Assembly: GCA_013330595.1 (NCBI GenBank)
Contig: DUIB01000018.1
Location: 1-56,169 of the forward strand
DNA length: 56,169 nucleotides
Source of the DNA: Candidatus Woesearchaeota archaeon
Lineage (GTDB): Archaea; Nanobdellota; Nanobdellia; Woesearchaeales; UBA9642
Reading direction: 5' to 3'
Shown one piece after another: positions 19,972-28,758 of this stretch. Numbering within the stretch: position 1 is the stretch's first letter; every line of letters starts with the position of its first letter. Below the pieces are notes generated by a model. The model was not told the origin of the DNA. It saw only the letters and a program-made list of their open reading frames with translations, and made no database searches. The position numbers were made by a program, and so were the translations under genes.

Positions 19972-20442
19972 GTGAACAAGAGCCAGGTATCAACAGAGTA
20001 TTTAATAATATTAGGGGTGACTCTTGCAGCAATAATTCCTGCAGGTTATTTCTTCTATTCTTATAGCAGAACACAGAATGATGATTCTGTAAGGTCACAA
20101 GTCACTCAAATTGGGGAGCAGATATTGGTTGATGCTGAGACAGTGTACGGATTAGCCGAAGGCTCACTGATTACACAGGATTTTAAATACCCAGCTAATA
20201 TAAGAGCTATAAAAATATATGATAGAAGCGAACTTGTTATTGAATATGATCTGGGATCTGGAGATACTACTGCTGTGTTTTTCTCGAAACTGAATATTAC
20301 TGGAGCCTATGACATCTTAGGAGCTGTGGGCGATCCGGCAATATTGCAAAATTCATCCCTTTATGACACAGAAATCACCGGCGGTAAGCACAGCATAAAA
20401 TTTGAGTCAAGAGGAAATTACGTATATATAACAACCCCATAG
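19972..20442 (+). CDS. Class III signal peptide (pilin-like) protein
   Basis: KSQ-VSTEY followed by a hydrophobic helix. Confidence 0.8.
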   Translation: MNKSQVSTEYLIILGVTLAAIIPAGYFFYSYSRTQNDDSVRSQVTQIGEQILVDAETVYGLAEGSLITQDFKYPANIRAIKIYDRSELVIEYDLGSGDTTAVFFSKLNITGAYDILGAVGDPAILQNSSLYDTEITGGKHSIKFESRGNYVYITTP

Positions 20443-20472
20443 TGATTTATCATTTAAAACGCAATTGATCCT

Positions 20473-20889
20473 ATGAATATCCAAAATAAATCCCAAAGTT
20501 CAACTGAATTTGTGGTACTGGCAAGCTTTATGCTGTTGATATTCATTGTATTTATCATGGTTATACAGCAAAAGGCTATTGTTTCAAATCGAGAAAAGAG
20601 TGATGCGATTGCGAATGAAGTGATGGCTCAGGTATTGAATGAGATAAAGATTGCTACTTCTGTAAGTGATAGTTATTATAGGGAATTCACTCTCCCTAGC
20701 AAACCACATGGTCTTGAGTATAATATTACGTTGACATCTTCAGGAGGAGATGCTGAATTAGTGTTAGGATATGAGAATAGAGAAATGGTAAGGTTTTTGG
20801 ACAATATCCAGGCAGGATCAGATATTCAGGTAGGCTCAAATATTATAGGGAAATCTGGAGGAGTAATTTCCATTAGAAAGAAGCCTTAA
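20473..20889 (+). CDS. Class III signal peptide (pilin-like) protein
   Basis: KSQ-SSTEF followed by a hydrophobic helix. Confidence 0.8.
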   Translation: MNIQNKSQSSTEFVVLASFMLLIFIVFIMVIQQKAIVSNREKSDAIANEVMAQVLNEIKIATSVSDSYYREFTLPSKPHGLEYNITLTSSGGDAELVLGYENREMVRFLDNIQAGSDIQVGSNIIGKSGGVISIRKKP

Positions 20890-20943
20890 TATTTAGATTA
20901 AAAACAGCATAAACATTTTAAATACCTGCTAAATTCTAGAATC

Positions 20944-21741
20944 ATGATGTTAGTTGATGTTCATGCACACATGGATATAGATGGGTTTATTGGAAAAAAG
21001 CTTGATATAGATCAAGCTATTACGAAATGCATTAAATCTGATGTTGTTGCTATTGTGAGCCAAGGAGTCAATATAGAAAGCAATAGGGATGTTTTGAAAC
21101 TCGCGCAAAAACATAAAATAATCAAGCCTGCTCTCGGGATATATCCTGTGCATTGTTTTGAGATGATTAGCCAAGGCAAAGAAAAAGAATTTAATTTGGA
21201 GATAGAATTCATTGATCAGCAATTGAAGAACAAAAAAATAGTTGCTATTGGAGAGGTGGGTTTGGATTACAAAGAGATAGAGCCTACAGATGAGAACAAG
21301 AAAATTTTAAAGGATTGCCTGAAAAAATTCCTTGATCTGGCAAAAAAATATGATGTTCCAATAATTTTACATTCTCGGGGAGCGGAACTTGACCTGATTG
21401 AATTTCTCGAGCAAGAAGGCATGAAGAACAGAAGAGTAATTATGCATTGCTTCTCTGGAAGAAAGCATCTTGTACAAAGAATAATTGACAATGGATGGTT
21501 CTTAACAGTTCCGGCCATTGTGGCAAGACTAGAGCATTTCCAGTACATAGCACGAGATGCTCCTTTAAATCAATTGCTTACAGAGACAGATAGTCCAATG
21601 CTGTCTCCTGATTCAAACACATTGAATGATCCAAGCAATGTTATATTCGCGATAAAGAAGATTGCAGAAATAAAGAAGATGGATGAGAATGAGGTTGCAA
21701 ACATAATCTATAATAATTATCAGAGACTGTTTCAACAATGA
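20944..21741 (+). CDS. tatD: TatD family nuclease
   Basis: DVHAH, IGEVGLDY, LHSR, MHCFSG, ETDSP. Confidence 0.93.
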   Translation: MMLVDVHAHMDIDGFIGKKLDIDQAITKCIKSDVVAIVSQGVNIESNRDVLKLAQKHKIIKPALGIYPVHCFEMISQGKEKEFNLEIEFIDQQLKNKKIVAIGEVGLDYKEIEPTDENKKILKDCLKKFLDLAKKYDVPIILHSRGAELDLIEFLEQEGMKNRRVIMHCFSGRKHLVQRIIDNGWFLTVPAIVARLEHFQYIARDAPLNQLLTETDSPMLSPDSNTLNDPSNVIFAIKKIAEIKKMDENEVANIIYNNYQRLFQQ

Positions 21742-22895
21742 TTAAAAAGACTAAATATTATTCTTGGAAATTGAATAATCTTGCAGATGGATGCGAGCAA
21801 TGCATTAAAGGGCAAAAGCTTGTGATGTTTGTTACAGGAATATGTCCTAGGCAATGCTCTTATTGTCCGCTGTCAGAGCATAAAAAGGATCATGATGTGA
21901 TTTTTGCAAATGAAAGGCAATTAAATGATGAGGATGATATAAAAGCAGTTTTAGAGGAAGTAAGAGCATGCAAATCAGAAGGTGCAGGATTTACCGGCGG
22001 GGACCCATTGACAAGGATTGACAGAACATGTAATTACATCCGATTATTGAAAAAGAACTTCGGAAAAAGATTCCACATACATTTGTATACGAGCATGGAA
22101 TTGCTTGATGAGAAAAATCTTAGTAAACTTAATGATGCAGGCCTTGATGAATTAAGATTGCATCCAGAGCTATATAATAATAAGCTTTGGCACAAAATTT
22201 CTTTATTTTATGATACGCAAAAACGAAAATATGATTTTAGGTTTGGTATAGAAATTCCTGTATTGCCTGATTCATATGGGCTAACAAAAGGAGTTATTGA
22301 TTGTTTCATCAATTGGGTGGATTTTATCAATCTGAATGAACTTGAGATTTCTGACGCTGAAAATTTCAAATTAAGGAATGTGAAGACAAGAAACAGATCA
22401 TATTACGGCGCAAAAGGATCGCAAGAGACTGCGTTAAAATTACTTAAATATATTGACTCTAAATATCCTAAGTCAAATGTGCATTTCTGTACTTGTAAAC
22501 TCAAAGACAAGGCTCAATTAGGAAACAGACTTAGAACACGTGCCCTTAATACAAAGAAAATATTTGATATAGTTACAGATGATGGAACTGTGATCAGAGG
22601 AGCCATCTATTTAAAAGAATTGTCTCCAGGATTCGGATATAGAAGAAAAATAAATGAAATCATTAATACCAAAGAAATTTTTAAAAAATTGGAACAATCA
22701 AAGAATATCATAATTAAAAAATACTCTGTTCCAAAAAGATTTATTGAAACTGATCAAAGGAAGTTTAGGCTTATAACCAATATAGGGATTGTTGAGCAGC
22801 TTTCAAAAGATTTAAAATCTCTAGGAATGATCCCTGCTGTTGTTGAGCAATACCCGACATGGGATCAGATGGAAGTGGATATTACATTCCTTTAA
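21738..22895 (+). CDS. Conserved archaeal radical SAM protein
   Basis: GCEQC..G.K, CPRQCSYCPLS, TGGDPL, HIHLYT, LDELRLHP, NLNELE. Confidence 0.88.
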   Translation: MIKKTKYYSWKLNNLADGCEQCIKGQKLVMFVTGICPRQCSYCPLSEHKKDHDVIFANERQLNDEDDIKAVLEEVRACKSEGAGFTGGDPLTRIDRTCNYIRLLKKNFGKRFHIHLYTSMELLDEKNLSKLNDAGLDELRLHPELYNNKLWHKISLFYDTQKRKYDFRFGIEIPVLPDSYGLTKGVIDCFINWVDFINLNELEISDAENFKLRNVKTRNRSYYGAKGSQETALKLLKYIDSKYPKSNVHFCTCKLKDKAQLGNRLRTRALNTKKIFDIVTDDGTVIRGAIYLKELSPGFGYRRKINEIINTKEIFKKLEQSKNIIIKKYSVPKRFIETDQRKFRLITNIGIVEQLSKDLKSLGMIPAVVEQYPTWDQMEVDITFL

Positions 22896-22896
22896 T

Positions 22897-22968
22897 GGCC
22901 TCGTAGTCTACCGGTATGATGTCGCTCTCACTCAGCGAAGGTAGCGTGTTCGACTCACGCCGGGGCCA
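22897..22968 (+). tRNA. tRNA-Val(CAC)
   Basis: Acceptor GGCCTCG/CGGGGCC, anticodon arm TCGCT-CTCACTC-AGCGA, T-arm GCGTG-TTCGACT-CACGC. Confidence 0.85.
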
Positions 22969-23008
22969 TATCACAAAATTTATATACTGATTTATTCATG
23001 GATTGATC

Positions 23009-23842
23009 ATGCAATTCAAGGAGTATTTTTATACATTATTCAAAAGCCTTAATCCTGAATCTTATTCTGAATTATCAGAGCGAAAGCTTTCAGAGGCTTT
23101 CAAATATTTTTTATTTATCTTTATTGCTTCATTCATAGTTATGCTTCTCCTGTTTATTCCATCACTACTTGCATTCAACTCCTTTTGGGAGCAAAAGTCT
23201 GTTAATCTAAACCAATTTGAATTAGATGCTTCAATAAATGTTAATAACGGATTCTATCTTCTTAAGGATCCGAGCATAAAGATAGATAAATCAGATGCTA
23301 ATTTCACTGATGCAAGAGTCATGATCACTGAAGACAGCATTCATTACAGGTCATTGTTCTTTTTTGGAAAGACAAAAGTGCTGCCATTGCCAAGCTATGA
23401 TCTTAAAGATACAGATACTGCAAGATCCTTGCTCTATTTGCTTTTGCCTTCATTGATTATTTGGGGCTTTATATTATTTTTTGCTTATTTTGTTTTCCTA
23501 ATCCTGTTCACTTGGGTTATAGGATTTGTTATTGTTTATTTCTTGAACAACAAGATAACTGCTAAGAGATTATTAAAAATAGTTTTTTTTGCCTCTACAA
23601 TCTTAGTATCGATACAGCTTGTGTTGTTGCCTTTTTTTAGATTATTGCTGCTCCCTGTTATTGCCTACTGGATATTGATACTCATAATTATTTTCACATT
23701 AAAGGATCATGTTCAGGAATCAAGAAATGTCTTTAGGAATAAGGATGAAAAAATTGAAGTAGATGATTCTGGTAATATAAAGAGCAAAAAGAGAAAAAAG
23801 AGTTATGATGAAGAGAATGATGGATATGTTGAGTGGAAATAA
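23009..23842 (+). CDS. Multi-pass membrane protein (DUF1189-like)
   Basis: TM, extracellular loop, then several TM segments and a charged tail. Confidence 0.7.
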   Translation: MQFKEYFYTLFKSLNPESYSELSERKLSEAFKYFLFIFIASFIVMLLLFIPSLLAFNSFWEQKSVNLNQFELDASINVNNGFYLLKDPSIKIDKSDANFTDARVMITEDSIHYRSLFFFGKTKVLPLPSYDLKDTDTARSLLYLLLPSLIIWGFILFFAYFVFLILFTWVIGFVIVYFLNNKITAKRLLKIVFFASTILVSIQLVLLPFFRLLLLPVIAYWILILIIIFTLKDHVQESRNVFRNKDEKIEVDDSGNIKSKKRKKSYDEENDGYVEWK

Positions 23843-23984
23843 TTTATTGCTAGGCTCACATAGATCTCTTTTATTATTGGTTCTCGAGTTATTTGATATG
23901 GCGTATTTTTGGATTAGTTCGCTAGCTGGCAAAGGAAATAAGAAACTTTAAATACTTCTCTATCTTTTACTATGATTGGGTGAT

Positions 23985-24734
23985 ATGATGGCATCTCGCG
24001 AGGATAGAATAGTTAATCTTGCTTCTACATTAAGGGCTTCTGGACTAGCAAAGAGTGATGCTCAAGCTAGGATGATGGCAGAAGAAATGATCGGTGTTGA
24101 GGAGAGTGTTCAGAAGAGATATGATGAAGAGCATGCTAAGGCCCAGGAATTCTTGAGGACTGCAAAGAATCTTAGAGATATTAGGCAATCTGAACCTATT
24201 AAGCCTGTGAAGCCTGAGATAAAACAGGCAGACATTGTAGGCAGAAGGATTGAGCCTTTAATGACAAATGAGCCTGTAAAGAAACCAGTTGATGAAGAAG
24301 CACATGAAAAGAATGTTTTACTTGAAGAAGTTCAGACAGATGTTTATCTCGGAAAAGGCACTTTAAAAGACCTTATGATGAATCAAATCCAAGAGGATAA
24401 GCACGAGATTAAGAATATTGAAGAGCTAGAGCCTCAAGAAATTCAAGATTCAACAGATAGCAGCGAAAATCAAGTTAGTGATGAAGATCAAACTATTAAT
24501 GAAGATCAATCAAATAATGAAGATCAATCAAATAATGAAGACAAGGCTAATGCTACTGATGAAGAACCAAAGCAACAGATTGATGGTGATAAGCTGCGAG
24601 CATTGATGGAAGAAGAAGGCCCTTTAGAAGAGCATACTAGAGAGATTAAGGAAAAGCCTAAGGATGTTAAGCCTAAGGAAGAATATGCAGAGAATTCTGT
24701 TGACTTAAACCAGATGTTTAATGTGCATAAGTAG
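23985..24734 (+). CDS. Acidic, largely disordered hypothetical protein
   Basis: SD GGTGA; N-terminal LASTLRASGLAKS helix; D/E-rich. Confidence 0.75.
   Translation: MMASREDRIVNLASTLRASGLAKSDAQARMMAEEMIGVEESVQKRYDEEHAKAQEFLRTAKNLRDIRQSEPIKPVKPEIKQADIVGRRIEPLMTNEPVKKPVDEEAHEKNVLLEEVQTDVYLGKGTLKDLMMNQIQEDKHEIKNIEELEPQEIQDSTDSSENQVSDEDQTINEDQSNNEDQSNNEDKANATDEEPKQQIDGDKLRALMEEEGPLEEHTREIKEKPKDVKPKEEYAENSVDLNQMFNVHK
24480..24551 (+). repeat. In-frame 18-bp tandem repeat (NEDQSN)
   Basis: AATGAAGATCAATCAAAT x2 perfect (24498-24533) plus two degenerate flanking copies. Confidence 0.85.
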
Positions 24735-24760
24735 GTTTATACTGTATGTCCAGATCAAAC

Positions 24761-24967
24761 CAAAAGCAAAAACACTCTGTGTTTTTGGGCTTTGATTATT
24801 GCAGAACCGAAACATAAAAAACATTTTTTTAATGTTTTTAGGCTTCGGAATTTGAAAAATTCCGAAACGTATGAAATGTATAACATTTCAGGGTCTCGAA
24901 AATCGGAATTTTCGAAACATCAAAAACACTTTGTGTTTTTGGACTTCGATTCCACTGGAATCGAAAC
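24761..24967. repeat. Periodic array of palindromic micro-units
   Basis: Seven hairpins; CGAAAC at 24808, 24863, 24913, 24962. Confidence 0.85.
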
Positions 24968-25043
24968 CTTTATAAATAATAAATCACTACAGAGTGATGA
25001 ATCATTGATTAAGCTTATGTTTAATATTATTGGGGGGTATAAA

Positions 25044-26375
25044 ATGAAAAAGATACTAATTTTTGTATTGTTTGCAGCACTTTTGATTGCAACCACATCA
25101 GTACATGCATTGGAATTCAAATCATTAATTTCAGATGCAGTATCAAGGAGTTTTACTCAAAAAGATATTTCTCAGGCAGTTTCATTCACTGTTTCAGATC
25201 TTGAACTAGGTTCAAATGATCAAAGAAGGAAGCAAACAGCAACTGCAAACCTGAAGATTACAAATACAGGATCAGATGATATTACGGTAGCTTTAAGCTC
25301 TAATGCAGCATCACTTTATGCATTGCAATTCTCACAGAATAATATAAATGTTCCATCTAATCAATCTGTTGATGTATCTGTTTCAGTCACTGTTCCAGAT
25401 GATCAGGATTCTGGAAGAAAGAGTATTGGAACAATAACAGCAGCCGCTTCTGGGGTTACGAGAACATCAAACATCTATTTAACAACAAAATCAGAATTAG
25501 TCATTTCAAGAGTAAAGGTAAATGTTGACGGCAAAAGCTCAAGTCTTGATGATGGTGAGGATGTCGATGCTGAGCCAGGTGATGAAGTAATTCTTACAGT
25601 CACATTAAAAAATGAGTACGACGAAAGCATAGACATTGAAGATATCACTTTGACTGTTGAGTCAGATTCTGACTTAGACTTAGATGATGATGCTGACATA
25701 TCAAGAATCAAAGATAATGATAAAGATGATTCAGAATTCTCATTCACTATCCCAAGAGATATTGATGAGGATGATTATGATATTGATATCACTGTTGATG
25801 GTGAAGATGAGAATGGTGCAAATCATGAAGATGATTACACAATAACTATTAATATTGACAAGAAAAGCCATGAGATAAGCATAGTAAGAACAACACTAAG
25901 TCCATCAAGAATATCCTGTGGTGGCAGAGTCTCTTTAAAGACATTGGTTGAGAATACAGGCAATAATGATGAAGACAATGTTGCGATAGAAATAATCAAT
26001 TCTGAGCTTAACCTCGAGGAATATTTCACTGGATTAAATATTGATGAGGCAGATGATATTGAAAAGACATTAACATTCAATGTCCCATCAAGCATTGAAG
26101 CAGGGAATTATAATATCGAAGTCACATCATATTATGATAATAAGCAATCTGATGTAAGTGTTGTAACATTATATGTAGATACTTGTGCGGCAACAAACAA
26201 TACCTCAGCACCAACAACTCCTACACCACCTGTAGTTTATCCAACAGGAACCTCAGCTCCAAGCTATGGAACACAGGGATTTATGAATACAACAGGTTAT
26301 ATTGTATTGTTAGGAATAGCTGCACTAGTCTTCATAATAATCATAATTGTATTGCTAGTGAAATTTGTTTTTTAA
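25044..26375 (+). CDS. Secreted, C-terminally anchored Ig-like/CARDB surface (S-layer-like) protein
   Basis: Signal peptide MKKILIFVLFAALL..VHA, repeated NTG beta-sandwich motifs, Asp-rich, P/T linker, C-terminal TM; GGGGGT SD. Confidence 0.8.
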   Translation: MKKILIFVLFAALLIATTSVHALEFKSLISDAVSRSFTQKDISQAVSFTVSDLELGSNDQRRKQTATANLKITNTGSDDITVALSSNAASLYALQFSQNNINVPSNQSVDVSVSVTVPDDQDSGRKSIGTITAAASGVTRTSNIYLTTKSELVISRVKVNVDGKSSSLDDGEDVDAEPGDEVILTVTLKNEYDESIDIEDITLTVESDSDLDLDDDADISRIKDNDKDDSEFSFTIPRDIDEDDYDIDITVDGEDENGANHEDDYTITINIDKKSHEISIVRTTLSPSRISCGGRVSLKTLVENTGNNDEDNVAIEIINSELNLEEYFTGLNIDEADDIEKTLTFNVPSSIEAGNYNIEVTSYYDNKQSDVSVVTLYVDTCAATNNTSAPTTPTPPVVYPTGTSAPSYGTQGFMNTTGYIVLLGIAALVFIIIIIVLLVKFVF

Positions 26376-26454
26376 TTATGCAACTATAAACCAGATGCAA
26401 ACATACAGGACATAAACAAAAGATTTAAATATTACCCATTCTGGATTTTATTGC

Positions 26455-27741
26455 ATGAAGCTAGTTTTTCATGGTGGAGCAAAAGAGGTGGGAAAGAGTT
26501 GCATTGAGTTGATTACACAGGGCAATAGATTTCTATTGGATGCAGGTGTCAAATTTAAAGAAGATGGCTTTGAGGCACCATTCAATATCTTTAATCTTCC
26601 AGGTATTAATGGATTATTCTTAAGCCATGCACATCTTGATCATACTGGATCATTGCCGTTATTCGAGCATTATAATCTATTATGTCCAATATTCACTACA
26701 GAGCAAACAAGAGAATTGACAGCTGTATTGCTAAGGGATTCATATAAAATTGCTAGAATCAAGCATTTGCACCCAGCCTATCAAAAAATTGATTTAAAGA
26801 ATGTCTATAGGTCAACAAGAATAATTGAGTTCAACAAGGCATATAAGCATATGAATATTGATTTTAAATTCTTTAATGCAGGACATGTCCCTGGAAGTGC
26901 AATGATTCTGATCAATGCAGAGGGAAAAAAGATCCTCTATACAGGAGATTTCAAACTGGCTACAACAAGATTAATGAAAGGAGCAGAGCAATTGCTTAAT
27001 GATCCTGAACTAAAGAATATTGATGTATTGATTACAGAATCAACATATGGAGGAAAGATATTGCCTGACAGAAATGATCTGGAAGAGGCGTTTTTAGACA
27101 AGGTTGAAGAAGTTGTAAAAAAAGGATCTGCATTAATTCCAGTATTTGCACTTGGCAGGGCTCAAGAGATTCTTTTGATCCTATCAAAAAGAAAATTTTC
27201 TGTACCGATATATTTTGATGGAATGTCAGTTGACTTAACAAAAAAGATTTTATCATTAGATCCGACAAATATTAATGGGAAAAAGACCCTAATTGATATG
27301 TATAAGAAAGTTGATTTGGTGAAAAAGGAAAAAAAGAGGCATAAAATCATGAACAATAAGGGAATTTTCATAACAACATCAGGAATGCTTCAAGGAGGTC
27401 CTGTAATGGCCTATCTAGAGAACATGTGGGGTAATCCGAACAATGCAATCCTTTTGACTGGATTTCAATGCAAGAGGACAAATGGAAGATTATTGCTGGA
27501 TGAAGGTTACATATATTTATCCGGCTGGAAGACTTATGTTAAATGCCAAGTGCAGAAATTTGATTTTTCAGGACATGGAGATGATAATGAGATAAAGCAG
27601 TTGATAAAAGCATTGAATCCAAAAAATCTGGTATTTAATCACGGAGATGAATCATCTATATTATCATTAAAAGCCTGGGCTGAAAAGAATCTTCTTGCAA
27701 AAGTGTTCGCTCCATCAGTAGGAGATAGTATAGAATTTTGA
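26455..27741 (+). CDS. Metallo-beta-lactamase beta-CASP ribonuclease (aCPSF2-like)
   Basis: GGAKEVGKS, SHAHLDHTG, AGHVPGS, YTGD, ESTYG, FSGH, NHG. Confidence 0.92.
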   Translation: MKLVFHGGAKEVGKSCIELITQGNRFLLDAGVKFKEDGFEAPFNIFNLPGINGLFLSHAHLDHTGSLPLFEHYNLLCPIFTTEQTRELTAVLLRDSYKIARIKHLHPAYQKIDLKNVYRSTRIIEFNKAYKHMNIDFKFFNAGHVPGSAMILINAEGKKILYTGDFKLATTRLMKGAEQLLNDPELKNIDVLITESTYGGKILPDRNDLEEAFLDKVEEVVKKGSALIPVFALGRAQEILLILSKRKFSVPIYFDGMSVDLTKKILSLDPTNINGKKTLIDMYKKVDLVKKEKKRHKIMNNKGIFITTSGMLQGGPVMAYLENMWGNPNNAILLTGFQCKRTNGRLLLDEGYIYLSGWKTYVKCQVQKFDFSGHGDDNEIKQLIKALNPKNLVFNHGDESSILSLKAWAEKNLLAKVFAPSVGDSIEF

Positions 27742-27780
27742 ATTAGATACGATTTTTTTCTTGGTAAGAATCAGTTATTA

Positions 27781-28078
27781 TTAAAAATTTCGACAGAAAT
27801 TTTCAGGGTTTAATACAAAGAAATGTGGTACATTTCTTGTACAACAAAATTTATTAAAATTTTGTTGTACCCCGACCTTTAGGTCGAAATTTTTAATTCA
27901 AAAAATGCTTCGCATTTTTGAACAAGAAATTCGTATAGATTTCTATGTTCCAAAAATTCGCGATTAAGTGAGGAGCGTAATACCACAACCTTTAGGTTGT
28001 GGATACAAAGAAATCTCTGAGATTTCTTGTACAAAAAATCCTTTGGATTTTTATGTAGCTCCGAACAGCGAATTTTTG
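27781..28078. repeat. Nested array of palindromic micro-units between convergent genes
   Basis: Outer IRs 27781-94/27883-96 and 27951-61/28068-78 enclosing TA-flanked hairpin units. Confidence 0.9.
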
Positions 28079-28729
28079 TTATTTTCTATTAATTATTTCA
28101 AGAATTTGTTCTGTATTATCTGCAAACCTCATCAGTTTAAGTCCCTTTTTGGTTATTATGCCTTCTTTTAATAAAACACCTCTCATCCAAACATACAGTC
28201 CATTCCAGTATTCTTTATTGACTAATATTACAGGGATCCTATCATTCACGCCAGTCACTATTAGAGTAGCATATTCAAATAATTCATTTAAAGTCCCGAA
28301 TCCTCCTGGATAGAATATTATTGCATCACTTTTTATTTGTAAAATAAATCTTCTGACAAATAAAAATCTGAAGGCTATTTTATTAGTGTAAATATCTGAT
28401 TTTACTTTTTGTTCTCGTAAAAGTCTTTCTCTTATCCCAACAGATATTGTTTTTGCCCTGCTTGCTCCAGAATTAGCTGCCTGCATAATTCCCGGACCGC
28501 CACCTGTGACAATAGCAAAGCCTTTTTTTCCGAGTTCATAGGCGGTTTTTTCACAGTGCTTATGGTATTTATTGTTTTTAGTAAGAGTGTGTGAGCCGAA
28601 AATTGTAATAATCGGCCTATCAATTTTTTTCAATAATTCAAGACCATTCTCAATTTCTTTTTCAGCATGTGTGGCTGTCCATTTGACATGCTTTAGATAT
28701 TGACTGTTTTTCTTAAATCGATTTTTCAT
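28079..28729 (-). CDS. LOG family (TIGR00730-like) protein
   Basis: TIFGS, TGGGPGIM, PGGFGTLNELFE. Confidence 0.9.
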   Translation of the reverse strand: MKNRFKKNSQYLKHVKWTATHAEKEIENGLELLKKIDRPIITIFGSHTLTKNNKYHKHCEKTAYELGKKGFAIVTGGGPGIMQAANSGASRAKTISVGIRERLLREQKVKSDIYTNKIAFRFLFVRRFILQIKSDAIIFYPGGFGTLNELFEYATLIVTGVNDRIPVILVNKEYWNGLYVWMRGVLLKEGIITKKGLKLMRFADNTEQILEIINRK

Positions 28730-28758
28730 TTTGATATATTTTATGATTTTATGTGCAA

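Noticed and set aside
22920..22940. Selenocysteine or opal suppressor tRNA (TCA in the loop)
   Set aside because: The 7-nt loop register gives CAC, and there is no long variable arm.
24950..24960. ORB-like TTCCACTGGAA replication origin
   Set aside because: Single copy with no G-string, 21 kb from cdc6, and explained as a hairpin unit.
24808..24967. Bona fide CRISPR array
   Set aside because: Repeats are not identical, the spacers are related palindromes, and no cas operon is adjacent; reported as a hairpin array instead.
24792..25043. N-terminal extension of the surface protein
   Set aside because: It is a translation of the palindrome array; the SD and signal peptide point to ATG 25044.
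24735..26417. Invertible cassette around the surface-protein gene
   Set aside because: The flanking match (GTTTATACTGTATGT vs ACATACAGGACATAAAC) is short and gapped, and no invertase is nearby.
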